Counted from the first letter of the stretch, positions 48,001 through 56,716 are shown. The stretch: 64,000 nt of DNA from Candidatus Gottesmanbacteria bacterium GW2011_GWA2_43_14 (GCA_000999095.1 LCFP01000001.1:205680-269679); one strand, 5' to 3'. Made by a program: numbers and translations. Notes: generated by a model not told the origin, from the letters alone.

Positions 48001-48130
48001 GATGCAGGTTATCCCAGCCTGAAAGAACCGTCCCCGGCCTGTAATTGGTCCAGGCTACCGCCACGGCCAAGGCCAGTATTATCATTTGAGGTTTTTTGAA
48101 GAAATTCAATAATCTGTTCAACATGTGCAA
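45041..48130 (-). CDS. very large (1029 aa) polytopic membrane protein with large C-terminal extracytoplasmic domain, GT-C-like (AftD/Emb-like architecture)
   Basis: N-terminal SGWDNLHPEF...WQEYQGLGLLGG. At least 12 TM helices in the first 560 aa, then a 450-aa soluble domain and a final TM. The assignment rests on architecture only. Confidence 0.5.
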   Translation of the reverse strand: MHMLNRLLNFFKKPQMIILALAVAVAWTNYRPGTVLSGWDNLHPEFGFDINLKRSLFAVWQEYQGLGLLGGMGHAADLIRQIFLYLISPFIPVQFIRYFFHFLMLFVGPLGLYHFLFYLIPSRHVMRKWGALAGALYYLFNLATVQMFNVPFEPYSVHYAFLPWLLYSTVRFFRQGGFKNFLGVALINFLAVPQSYIGTFFLVYCLSLSLLAVQFFNRKYLRRIIVLFLTVFIVNAFWLLPNIYFIVRKIEVNTQAKINRMSTEDMFLRNKKFGDLENVLLLRGFWFDNTEINTSGGLEYQLQDWLDYLKDPRLQTVGFIFPLLAIIGCYYAYSEKKGKSRLLLPLVVFSFSILANDAPFFSYLAGIFNKIPLFSQVFRFPFTKLSILHITGLAVFYGIGSLWLSEKVLPFRKINLLMILLIFLPVFYCLPVFSGRLFYYKVRAEIPREYFDLFNYFKKVPSTDRIANFPQYTFWGWTFYRFNYSGSGFIWYGLEQPVMDRAFDVWSREDENYFHEISYAIYSRNLYLFEQTLQKYKIKWVLFDGNVISFSNSRELYRDRLQTLISSSAIIRKDRTFGRISLYRVETTEENIRLTDILPGVSPDYISGNLDMAYLESGDYKSDDGKRIDADRIHYPFRSLFSDTSNVRHEFTITETEEDYIFTSVIPGEFRNQELRIPPTDASDFLEIDSRDLSKTTAKNSDIYLDSQILASVGDKDFNNGIVLPDFERGILEVKIPKIKGYYSFDSYLTDSISSVNPFTCEKPDPELNIYERIIEFDKPFLRMTSRDGIYCLNYETDRLSHQLGYLVRVESRNISGKSLYFGIINNNSKRSDLEVMLPRKDKLIPSDFDVSYLIIPPMENYALGYLFNIRNISIGRQETANDIGRITVNPIPYNFLSELKLVKPGQKRTTIPLNDITVVHPHPDKYLIEFNEIPDDTFTLILAQSFDDGWKLYARDQNGKKEVGRHLKVNNWENGWEIDGRDFDGGKLEILYRPQNLEKVGMYLWLVLPLIFLLYYLKNRRESSVHKR

Positions 48131-48135
48131 TACCG

Positions 48136-50193
48136 TCAGTTTACCCGGAAAATTTCATAATCACTCGACAAATAAACCCGCTCTATCGGCTTTTTTACTT
48201 CATGCGAATTCTCATCAGCTTCAAATGAATAATAGAAATTTATATAGATGGTATCATCAAACTTCATATCAGAGGAAAGAATCAGTTCTTCACCTGCATT
48301 GACTTGTAAAACCATAGGGGCTTCAAAAACAGTATTAATCCCCTCATTGACAGAATTCCATTTCAAACCGTAAAGTGAATTATTTACTTTAATGTTAGCA
48401 TCCGTAAAAATGCCGGGAGCAATATGAATCCCATCCAGTATGAATTCTCCATCCTTATGAAAATAAAACCCGGTTTTCAAAGATGGGTATTTTATTAATT
48501 TTATGGAAGAAGAAACAACACCGTGAGTATCAGTTTTAAGAACAATTACTTCAGGATTTAGGTTATACCACCAATATCTTACATTACTGCATTCATCATA
48601 ATAAAATTTCTCGTATTGGCGGTTTTTATGGATAATAATGCTTCTGATATCAAAATTTCTTAAAAGAGCCAACGTGTCATTAAAATTTTTATCGACATAG
48701 AGCAATTTATCTTTATGCACTTTTTCTGAATCACAAATATACCTTTGGGTATATTCCTGTTCAAAAAAGGACAACGTGCTCTTATTTTCAGCAGTGTCAT
48801 GAAAATAGCCGTCAACAATTTTTTTATGCGTCATGTACGGTAAAACACTCCGGAAGGCATTAGTTGCCGATAATGGAATATTTAAAATTGCTTTTTCGGG
48901 TAGCTGAGCGGCGACTTTACTCTCCATAAACGGCAATGCAAATGTCCGGTGAACAGTAAAAGTCAGTCTTTCCAATAACATTAAAAGTATTAACGGATAA
49001 ATAAATTTTTTGAGTTTGAAAAAAGGAATCACCGACATAAATACCAGTATCAAAATGGAAAAAATAACAATACTTCTTCCGCCTTCAGGCCAATAAGGTA
49101 ATGGAATCATACCTAAGGTGGCTATCAGATAGACTGCCAATGACAATAAAATAAATATCTTTCTGCGGTTTATTTTTTCCTTGAAATAAAATATTATGAA
49201 GATTATCCAGCCTACCAGTCCAGGACTGATTACCTTCTCTATTGAGGCAGAAGAAAAATTCAATTTCGAATATAGAAGATTAATATACTGATTTGGAATT
49301 AGAATGTCAGACAACTGCGGGAGACAGCATTGAACATACCTTCCATAATTAAAGGGGTAAACAAAACTGCCAAAGATTATACCCTTGGCAAATCCGCCAA
49401 AGAAATATAAAGCGATTATTGCATTAAGTAACAGGACAAAATAAAACACTTCCGGTTTATTTCTTACTTTAACTTTTGCCATCTGAAGATAATATATTAT
49501 GACGGCCAGGCTGTCTTTCGGATATAAAAGCAAATATCCGGTCAGAAGAAACAGGAAAAACCAAAATACTATGATTAAATATTGCAATGATCCGAAAGCG
49601 ATTAATAAAATACCGAAGATGATGTTGAAATAAGCGATAAATCCTGCTTTACCTTTATTTCTGAAAAAATCATAAAATGCTTTTGCCAAAAAAGGGAAAC
49701 CGCCAATAAAGGCCAAATTAGGATGTGAGTTGATTCTGGCGATCACATAAGGTGAGAAACCGTAAAAAATACCGGCGAAAAGTCCGAATAATCCAGATTC
49801 TGAAATCGTACTGAAAAATGAATAAGTTATATAAAAATTCAGGAAAAGGATTAAAATTATCACGAGGTTATATGCTAAAGGGAGCGGCAGGATAAATGAA
49901 AGTAAGGCACCGCTAAAGGTTGATAAGACGCCATCATAACCGTGGCTTAACTCGAATCCGTTCGGATAACGTAAAATATCGGTTTTTTCCAGGGCATATT
50001 TTCCTGATCTAAGATTTTCTCCAACCAGGTACATAAAATTAAAAAATTCATACTTATCTCCATGATCACCGAGCAATTCTTTATACGGGTTGATTGAATA
50101 AATCCTGGAGAAAATAAAAGCCAGTATTAACCCGATAATAATGATCTTATATTTGTTCATTTTTAAAAATATATTCATAATACCTACGGCCAA
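48136..50193 (-). CDS. polytopic membrane protein, GT-C-like, paralog A of an unnamed family
   Basis: Shares LGDHGDKYEFFNFMYLVGENL...RYPNGFELSHGYDGVL...LAYNLV...YGFSPYVIARINSHPNLAFIGGFP with 51400..53406. Confidence 0.5.
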   Translation of the reverse strand: MAVGIMNIFLKMNKYKIIIIGLILAFIFSRIYSINPYKELLGDHGDKYEFFNFMYLVGENLRSGKYALEKTDILRYPNGFELSHGYDGVLSTFSGALLSFILPLPLAYNLVIILILFLNFYITYSFFSTISESGLFGLFAGIFYGFSPYVIARINSHPNLAFIGGFPFLAKAFYDFFRNKGKAGFIAYFNIIFGILLIAFGSLQYLIIVFWFFLFLLTGYLLLYPKDSLAVIIYYLQMAKVKVRNKPEVFYFVLLLNAIIALYFFGGFAKGIIFGSFVYPFNYGRYVQCCLPQLSDILIPNQYINLLYSKLNFSSASIEKVISPGLVGWIIFIIFYFKEKINRRKIFILLSLAVYLIATLGMIPLPYWPEGGRSIVIFSILILVFMSVIPFFKLKKFIYPLILLMLLERLTFTVHRTFALPFMESKVAAQLPEKAILNIPLSATNAFRSVLPYMTHKKIVDGYFHDTAENKSTLSFFEQEYTQRYICDSEKVHKDKLLYVDKNFNDTLALLRNFDIRSIIIHKNRQYEKFYYDECSNVRYWWYNLNPEVIVLKTDTHGVVSSSIKLIKYPSLKTGFYFHKDGEFILDGIHIAPGIFTDANIKVNNSLYGLKWNSVNEGINTVFEAPMVLQVNAGEELILSSDMKFDDTIYINFYYSFEADENSHEVKKPIERVYLSSDYEIFRVN

Positions 50194-51400
50194 TTTTGCC
50201 GAAGTCCCTTTTTTCTCTCATTAAATTGCTGAAGACTTTTAACTTATCCATAATTTTCAAATCCGGATTTTTTAATTTTTTTTCCCATGAGTAATCACTT
50301 AAGGGGAAAAACATATCTTCCGAAGTTAAACGGGCTTTCTCCATTGCTTTTTGAAAATCAGCCGTATTCATATAGCCGGAAATTGCTTCGGATAAAATGA
50401 CCGGTTTACCGTAAGTGAAAGCCATGGCTAACGGACCAGAGGATGACATAAAAGTCCTGTATGGAAAAACAACCAGATCAGCGGCCTGATAATACAGAGA
50501 AATTTTTTCTTCACCTACAAAACCGGTAACCACTATTCTTCCTTTTGATGAAAGGGCTAATTCATCAATTTTTTTTACATATTCCATATAGTATGGTTTG
50601 TCCCGGTGATTCGGATTTGTTCCACCGGCAATGATTAATTTTACGTCAGAATTCACGATTTTTTCCGCTATCCAATCAACTCCCTTATACCAGGCAATAA
50701 AGCCGAAATACAACAGGACCGTCTCTTTTTTAATACCTAATTTTTCCCTGGCTGATTGATAACTTAAAGCCGGTTTAATCGCTTCAACACCGTGTGGAAT
50801 AACGGTTATTTTCTCCTGTAATTTAATATCGAATAATTTCCTAAAGTCATCCTCGAAAACAATCGTTCTGTAGGACGATTTGACAGACAAGTTAAAAAAC
50901 ATCCTGATAAGAATGTTGAAAAATTTAGATGAAAAACTATTTTGAGTGATGCCTATATGACCGGATAATTCATTAATATCAACAATTATCTGATGAGGAA
51001 TAAAATATACCTGTTTACCGAGCATAGAAAGCACTCTCAGAAACATTGGAAATAAAAGCAGATATATTGGTCCGCCAAACATGGAAACTTCAAATTCTAC
51101 CAGAATTTTACCGGCATCACTTTTCAGGCAGGCGGCAATTATCGAAAGATAGGACAGCAGACTGCTTCTTTTCCAGATCCTTTTGACTTCGAGACCGTTT
51201 TCATAGTATTCAGATTCCGACCCTTTCCCCAATTTTTCGGCTAAAACGGTTAATTTCAACCCGCTGCCAGATGATTTTGCCGCTTTAAGAATATTCAGCA
51301 GAGTATTTTTGGTATATGAGGCAATACCGACAGTGCCGGCTCCGTGCACTGAGCCTTTTTCGGGATAACTTGAAACAACCAATAGTTTATTTTCCATCAT
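50147..51400 (-). CDS. GT4-family (GT-B) glycosyltransferase
   Basis: C-terminal VTGFVGEEKISLYYQAADLVVFPY...GPLAMAFTYGKPVILS matches the retaining GT4 nucleotide-binding region. Confidence 0.65.
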   Translation of the reverse strand: MMENKLLVVSSYPEKGSVHGAGTVGIASYTKNTLLNILKAAKSSGSGLKLTVLAEKLGKGSESEYYENGLEVKRIWKRSSLLSYLSIIAACLKSDAGKILVEFEVSMFGGPIYLLLFPMFLRVLSMLGKQVYFIPHQIIVDINELSGHIGITQNSFSSKFFNILIRMFFNLSVKSSYRTIVFEDDFRKLFDIKLQEKITVIPHGVEAIKPALSYQSAREKLGIKKETVLLYFGFIAWYKGVDWIAEKIVNSDVKLIIAGGTNPNHRDKPYYMEYVKKIDELALSSKGRIVVTGFVGEEKISLYYQAADLVVFPYRTFMSSSGPLAMAFTYGKPVILSEAISGYMNTADFQKAMEKARLTSEDMFFPLSDYSWEKKLKNPDLKIMDKLKVFSNLMREKRDFGKIGRRYYEYIFKNEQI

Positions 51401-53406
51401 CAGTTTAAATCGTATACTTCATGTTCATTACTGGTAAAAACTTTTCTGAAAGCCGGTTTTGTGAAAACAGATCCTGTTTTTTCAAATTTGTAAAATATTG
51501 TTAAATAAACTGTATCAGCTAATTTCCCGTCAGAAGATATGATTATTTTGTCTCCGGAATGTACTTCGATTAATACAGGATCGGCAAAATTGCTTTCCAG
51601 ACCGCTTGATCCAACAATCCAATCCGGTTTTATTAGATTATTCATCGGTAAATAGACAGTTGTATTTGTTAAATTCGGCGGATCCAATAAAATACCCGTT
51701 AGTTCAAAAATCCCCCGGTAAGGAAAATAAATTTCGAACTCAAAAATATCGCGGTATGATAATTCATAATTATTTATACCGATATCTTCCGTTGTTTTAT
51801 CAATTATTAAGGTTTCAGGCATCCTGCGATACCACCAACTCCTCATTGATCTGCATTCTTCAAAGTAAAACTGTTCATTATTTAATTTCTTGAATAAAAC
51901 TAAAGTGTATATACCATTAGTTTTCAAAAAATTAAGAAACTCCTCCTGATAGTTATTATTGATGCTATTTTCAGTATAAGAGTATTCCTGCCCGCATTCC
52001 AGATTCTGAAGCATCGTATTTTTAATGAAAGATTTACTTTTATCTCCATCGGCCGTGTAATGGAAATAACCATCGATGATTTTCTTATTGAAAAAGTATG
52101 GTAAAGTGCTTTTGTAGCTGTCCGTCTCGTTAATTGGCATATTTAAAACCGCTTCTCCGTCTAAAGCCCTGACCACCGAGGAAACCTGGGTGTCTATCAC
52201 AGAAGAAGAATATATCCTGAAGAAAAACCTTTCCAGTATTATCACCAACAGTACCACATATAACAGTTTCCGTTTTAGATTCAATAAATAATAACCGCTG
52301 AATATTGAAGCAATCAGCGAAAAAATCACGACCAGCCTGCCAGGTTCCGGAATAAATGGCAACGGCAACAAATTCAGAACAAATAAAATATAAAGTGCCA
52401 AAATTATTATCAGCCAATAAACTCCCCTTCTGATAAAAAAGAAGGCAGCCAAGCTGAAAATCAGCCATTCAAATATGCCGATCGAAATTGCTTTTTCAAT
52501 GGAATCTGGCGATGGATTCAATTTTTGCCAGATAGTACCTGAGTATTGGTTTGGCACAAAAATATCCGTCCAAGAAGGCGAACAACATTCGTAAATTTCC
52601 GAAGATTTGGCTGAAGTATGCGTAAATACGTCACTCAGGTGGGTAAAATATCCTTGATAAAAATAGGCTGCCAGTAATATCAGCACCGCCAGGCTAACAG
52701 AAATTTTGAACTTATCTTGCTTCAAATAACCGAGAAATTGGCGACAATATGAAATCGCTATTCTAGAATTAAAAATCACAAAAAATATCACCGCCAGTGT
52801 TATTATCTCAATAAGTATTAATCCGTATTGCAGTGAACCGAAAACGACTGTTATGAGTCCTACGGTCACCAAAAGATAATCCAGTTGGGTCCTCGGCTTA
52901 TTTTCCTTTACTCTGGAAAATAAACTTATCAGGCTGTATCCTAATAAGGGAAACCCACCGGTAAAAGCAAGGTTTAAATGGCTGTTGATTCTGGCTAAAA
53001 CAAAGGGAGAATAAGCATAAAAAACCGTCGCTATGACTGAAACTAATTTATTCCTGTATAGCTTATAAAAAAACAGGTAGGAAAAACCCGCATTGGCAAT
53101 AAGAAGAACGAGTACAGTCAGATTATAGGCCAGGACATGCGGAATAACTAAACCTAATAAGGCTCCTGTCATAACCGGAAGGACGCCGTCAAAACCGTAT
53201 GATAGGTCGAATCCCACCGGGTAACGGAATATATCAGTCGGGGAAAATGGCGCCTTGAGGCTTTTGAGATTTTCAGATACCAGATACTGAAAACCGAAAT
53301 ACTGGTAATTGTCACCGCCGTCGCCGATTAACCTGCTTGAAGGATTTATATAAAGTATCCCTGATAAAAAGAGACTTAAAATTAGAGCAACAGCAGCAAT
53401 TTTCAT
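51400..53406 (-). CDS. polytopic membrane protein, GT-C-like, paralog B (see 48136..50193)
   Basis: IGDGGDNYQYFGFQYLVSENL...RYPVGFDLSYGFDGVL...LAYNLT...YAYSPFVLARINSHLNLAFTGGFP. Confidence 0.5.
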   Translation of the reverse strand: MKIAAVALILSLFLSGILYINPSSRLIGDGGDNYQYFGFQYLVSENLKSLKAPFSPTDIFRYPVGFDLSYGFDGVLPVMTGALLGLVIPHVLAYNLTVLVLLIANAGFSYLFFYKLYRNKLVSVIATVFYAYSPFVLARINSHLNLAFTGGFPLLGYSLISLFSRVKENKPRTQLDYLLVTVGLITVVFGSLQYGLILIEIITLAVIFFVIFNSRIAISYCRQFLGYLKQDKFKISVSLAVLILLAAYFYQGYFTHLSDVFTHTSAKSSEIYECCSPSWTDIFVPNQYSGTIWQKLNPSPDSIEKAISIGIFEWLIFSLAAFFFIRRGVYWLIIILALYILFVLNLLPLPFIPEPGRLVVIFSLIASIFSGYYLLNLKRKLLYVVLLVIILERFFFRIYSSSVIDTQVSSVVRALDGEAVLNMPINETDSYKSTLPYFFNKKIIDGYFHYTADGDKSKSFIKNTMLQNLECGQEYSYTENSINNNYQEEFLNFLKTNGIYTLVLFKKLNNEQFYFEECRSMRSWWYRRMPETLIIDKTTEDIGINNYELSYRDIFEFEIYFPYRGIFELTGILLDPPNLTNTTVYLPMNNLIKPDWIVGSSGLESNFADPVLIEVHSGDKIIISSDGKLADTVYLTIFYKFEKTGSVFTKPAFRKVFTSNEHEVYDLN

Positions 53407-53436
53407 ACTTTACAGTCATACCGTTATTTTCCTAAA

Positions 53437-54324
53437 TTAAAAAAGATAAGATCTAATCGTCTTAACCGCTTTTGCCAGCATTTGGAACCACCTTAATTCC
53501 GTTCTTTTAATACCTGTCTCGTAAGACCCAAAAACATCCATTATTCTGATATAGATTAAATCCCAGAATGATTTAGGGGCGTCTTTTATAATATTAACCT
53601 TGCTCCTTCTGTCATCACTCCAGATTACCGGAATTTCTTTATATTCAAAACCCGCTATTCTGCCCAAAAACATAAGTTCCGCATCGAATCCCCAGTCTTC
53701 AATCTTAAGATTGGGAAAGAGGGCATCCTTGGCCTCTCTCGAAAAGGCTTTAAAACCGCAGGTAAAATCGCTCACCCAGGTATTCAGGATTAAATTGGAC
53801 AGTAAAGTAAAAGCCTTACCTAAGGATTCCCTGATAAACGGCTGGTGGCGCACAACTGTCGAGTGACTGTTTTTCCGGGTACCGATGATGATGGGAATTC
53901 TTTCTCTTATGGACGGCATAAATTTCCTGACCTCGCTCAGGTCAGTCGACATATCCGCATCCAAAAAAAGAGAATAGTCGGAAGTCGACTCCTTCATTCC
54001 GGCGGCAATGGCATACCCTTTTCCCCTATTCTCCTTATATGAGACAAGTTGCAGATTTACACTAACTCCAGGGATGGTGCTGGTTTTAGCTCCTCCTGGG
54101 ACGGTGGCAGGCTGAACGGAGTGAAGCCATGACTCCTCCCAGGTGGAGCTTTTAATAAACTCTTTAATCTTTTTAACAGTCCCGTCAGTCGAACCGTCAT
54201 CCACAAAGATGACCTTTTCCAGCATAAGTCCGCCCGGCAAGCTGAAACTCGCCAGTGAACTGAAAGTCTTGTCCAGTCTAGCTTCTTCGTTATAAACCGG
54301 TATGACAAGAGAAATTGTTTTCAT
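53437..54324 (-). CDS. GT2 polyprenyl-phosphate sugar synthase-like glycosyltransferase
   Basis: ISLVIPVYNEEARL, FVDDGSTDGT, LFLDADMSTD (DxD). I chose the start at MKTISLV. Confidence 0.7.
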   Translation of the reverse strand: MKTISLVIPVYNEEARLDKTFSSLASFSLPGGLMLEKVIFVDDGSTDGTVKKIKEFIKSSTWEESWLHSVQPATVPGGAKTSTIPGVSVNLQLVSYKENRGKGYAIAAGMKESTSDYSLFLDADMSTDLSEVRKFMPSIRERIPIIIGTRKNSHSTVVRHQPFIRESLGKAFTLLSNLILNTWVSDFTCGFKAFSREAKDALFPNLKIEDWGFDAELMFLGRIAGFEYKEIPVIWSDDRRSKVNIIKDAPKSFWDLIYIRIMDVFGSYETGIKRTELRWFQMLAKAVKTIRSYLF

Positions 54325-54397
54325 ATTTATAAATTCATTTGGCTTTCCGTTGCCGGTTGCGAAGCATAACCTCGCAACCAACCTCTGATTCCAAATG

Positions 54398-54685
54398 TCA
54401 CTCAGTTGCGATTTTTGTCGTATAACCCATATCTTCTATACATGTCTTATAAAAGCCGTGATTCGGCTCCATAGTTCTTGAAGTGGTCTGATTTCCGTTT
54501 TCGCCATTGCTTCGTTCCTCAAATATAAAGTTGGCTGCCTGGGAACATTCAGCCATGGCTCTTATCTGCATGAATTTATCGACACGCTGTAAAGCCATAA
54601 AAGCAGTGACTATCAAAACCAATCCCATAATGACCATTCCGACATCTTTTACATCAGTTCTCATAGAATTTTCACCACCTTTCAA
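54398..54685 (-). CDS. small membrane protein, unknown
   Basis: One TM (VGMVIMGLVLIVTAFMAL). RBS AAGGTGGTGAAAAT. Confidence 0.3.
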   Translation of the reverse strand: MKGGENSMRTDVKDVGMVIMGLVLIVTAFMALQRVDKFMQIRAMAECSQAANFIFEERSNGENGNQTTSRTMEPNHGFYKTCIEDMGYTTKIATE

Positions 54686-54864
54686 AAATACCCTTACTTC
54701 ATCTCTAGAAACAGAGCGTCAGTAAGGGCAGAATTAACCTTTAATTTTACTAAACTATCCTATAGTTGTCAATAAAATGATATGGTTAAATTGTTGCATA
54801 GTTAAATTGTTTAAAACCATTCAACCATATAGCAATTCAGCCATAATGTTGATATAATAATTGT

Positions 54865-55143
54865 ATGCGATTCCATAAATTCACAACTGTATTTACACCT
54901 GAAGAAGATGATTCTGAAGTTTATAATGTTTCAGTTCCGGCACTTCCGGAAATACATACTTTCGGATGCTCTTTTGAAGAAGCCCGGTTCATGGCTCAAG
55001 ATGCTATGGAACTGGTAATTCTTTCAAAATTGGAACAAGGCGATTCTATTCCCGTAGATAAAAAACCTGTCAAAATTAAAAAGAACGAAAAAGTCGAAGA
55101 AATGGAAATAAATTCGTTACTGTTCCCTGGCATACTAAAGTAA
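54865..55143 (+). CDS. hicB: HicB-family antitoxin (N-terminal RNase-H-like domain)
   Basis: EVYNVSVPALPEIHTFGCSFEEARFMAQDAMELVILSKLEQGDSIPV fits the HicB/UPF0150 pattern (Y.a.vPdLPGC.t.G.T.eEA...a.eA...L...G..iP). Confidence 0.6.
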   Translation: MRFHKFTTVFTPEEDDSEVYNVSVPALPEIHTFGCSFEEARFMAQDAMELVILSKLEQGDSIPVDKKPVKIKKNEKVEEMEINSLLFPGILK

Positions 55144-55232
55144 CAATTCCCAAAGGCACTCTGCAAAGCATTCTCCGCCAATCAGGTTTATCCCGCGACC
55201 AATTTCTTTCTTTTCATAAAAAGATCAAGTAA
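55062..55232 (+). pseudogene. hicA-like toxin remnant (C-terminal about 48 aa, no start codon, overlaps hicB 3' end in another frame)
   Basis: The translation ...NGNKFVTVPWHTKVTIPKGTLQSILRQSGLSRDQFL resembles the HicA C-terminus (GSHH.F.HP....VTVP.H.KDL..GTL.SILKQAGL). There is an in-frame stop at 55059-61 and no Met. Confidence 0.35.
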
Positions 55233-55301
55233 AAAATATTGCTTCATTTTCAAGGTGCAAGGTCCCATCTCTATAACTAATTATTTAGTAATAAGGATGG
55301 G

Positions 55302-55314
55302 ACTAGGACGAGAA
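55302..55314. repeat. left 13-bp inverted repeat (ACTAGGACGAGAA) bounding the GC-rich cassette
   Basis: Perfect reverse-complement match to 56704..56716. Coincides with the switch to GC-rich sequence. Confidence 0.5.
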
Positions 55315-55602
55315 CAGCGAATGCTGGAAAAAAATGTACCGGAATGCGGTACAAAGTAAAAAAGGGGAACCGGCTAACCGATTCAGTTTTTACTTTTTTT
55401 TCAGTTTCTCACTGGTAGAATTGAGTCAGTCCCTGACTCTCTACGGTAGTTCTACGCTACCTTTTTTGGATCACAGCGCCTTTGGCCACTGCATGAAATT
55501 AACCTTTTCTCACATAAGGGATGCTACTCCGAAGAGTGCCCCATAGGTGGGAAGGAGGCTTTCATGCGGTGCCTGAGGCACCTGCAATCCTCTCCCCGAA
55601 GG

Positions 55603-55645
55603 GAGAGAAGAGACCCGTCTCCATTGGGTCTCTTCTCTTTTGTTG
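55603..55645 (+). terminator. intrinsic terminator-like hairpin (GAGAGAAGAGACCC / GGGTCTCTTCTC stem) followed by TTTTGTT on the plus strand
   Basis: 12-bp perfect stem, 9-nt loop, T-rich tail. It lies in a hairpin-rich non-coding stretch 55330..55645. Confidence 0.45.
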
Positions 55646-55647
55646 GT

Positions 55648-56367
55648 CTACGGGCAAGCCCGTGGCCCAACCTCGACACCGGCGCCATCTGTGGCTGCCT
55701 GAAACCGTACCTCGAAGGAGGGGACTTCGGAAGCTCCGAAGGCTTTCTCCTTCTGGTATAGTTCACAGACATTGTGGACGGCATCGTCCGATGGGTAGCC
55801 GCCTGGTACACGCCACGTCCCGGCGTTGATTTGAGCGGTCTGGTCTACGCCCACATGAACGACTGTGATGTCCTGGACTACATCCCAGGTACAAACCCAG
55901 TCACTAGGGCAAGTAGCCTGCACCGTCGCACCAGAAACGCCTCTCCAAACGAAAGCGCAGCTTTCAGTCCCCAACCTCTGAACATCGACACCGGTGAGGT
56001 TCTTTGCCTCTTCAGTCGTTGGGCAAAGCCCGGTGGGCTGGTCGATGGACGGTTCCGATTTTGCGAGTTGATCATTCCCTTGCCCAATCTGTTCTAACCG
56101 ATCTACAATCTGATCCAATACATTCATGTATGGATCCATCGGTTCAGGGGTCGGCTCGGTTTTCGGCAACGCCTCAATAACCTGCTCAGCTATCTCATCA
56201 GGGTTGATCATTTGCTGAGTAGGAATAGCCGCAATAGCCTCATTTATCTGCTCGCCGACCTGGGTCGCTTGGGAATTCATTGCTGCTTCAAGGTCCTGAT
56301 CCGTAGCGACGCAGGCGCTCAAAACGAGGCCTAAAGCGATTAACACGACGTAAACAATTTTCTTCAC
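55648..56367 (-). CDS. lipoprotein of unknown function (GTG start), encoded in the GC-rich cassette
   Basis: MKKIVYVVLIALGLVLSAC has a lipobox LSAC. RBS AGGAGGATAAC before the GTG. Its composition is unlike the rest of the window. Confidence 0.55.
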   Translation of the reverse strand: MKKIVYVVLIALGLVLSACVATDQDLEAAMNSQATQVGEQINEAIAAIPTQQMINPDEIAEQVIEALPKTEPTPEPMDPYMNVLDQIVDRLEQIGQGNDQLAKSEPSIDQPTGLCPTTEEAKNLTGVDVQRLGTESCAFVWRGVSGATVQATCPSDWVCTWDVVQDITVVHVGVDQTAQINAGTWRVPGGYPSDDAVHNVCELYQKEKAFGASEVPSFEVRFQAATDGAGVEVGPRACP

Positions 56368-56703
56368 GTTATCCTCCTCTCACATTCCTAGGTAGGAATA
56401 CGCATTTCTGCGCTCACTATACTCATGTATAGTGACCTAGGTACCTTCTCCCTTTTGGGAGCTTATTTGATTCACTCGTCCGGTTTCATTCCTTTCCTAG
56501 AGGAATGTCCAATTGAGTAAATCAATTTGTGACGGCCTTGCCGTCAATGGCTGGTGAGTGGATAGAGAAACAGTAATTTTCTGGTCCCTCCACCGTCCGA
56601 GGAGCCAAAGTCGTTGCTTTATCACCTCGGAGGTGTAAAACAGCTTTACTGTTCCTTTACCCACTCACCATGAGAGAAGAATTAATTTGATAATTAAATT
56701 AAT

Positions 56704-56716
56704 TTCTCGTCCTAGT
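56704..56716. repeat. right 13-bp inverted repeat (TTCTCGTCCTAGT)
   Basis: Reverse complement of 55302..55314. Confidence 0.5.

Noticed and set aside
55334-55829. Plus- and minus-strand ORFs of 70-102 aa (55334..55546, 55521..55829, 55524..55811, 55564..55761) in the GC-rich cassette
   Set aside because: Their translations are Arg/Pro-rich with no start context. They overlap the lipoprotein gene or lie in the hairpin-dense non-coding arm, which is more likely structured RNA or a terminator region.
56380-56700. Structured RNA gene (RNase P, tmRNA, SRP or group II intron domain) in the right arm of the GC-rich cassette
   Set aside because: Long-range complementary segments exist (GGTGAGTGG...CCACTCACC). 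I could not find any of the universally conserved cores (RNase P GGAAAGUCCGG, tmRNA tag ORF with UCCACCA, SRP GGAAGCAGCC, group II domain V). I left it as an unexplained structured region.
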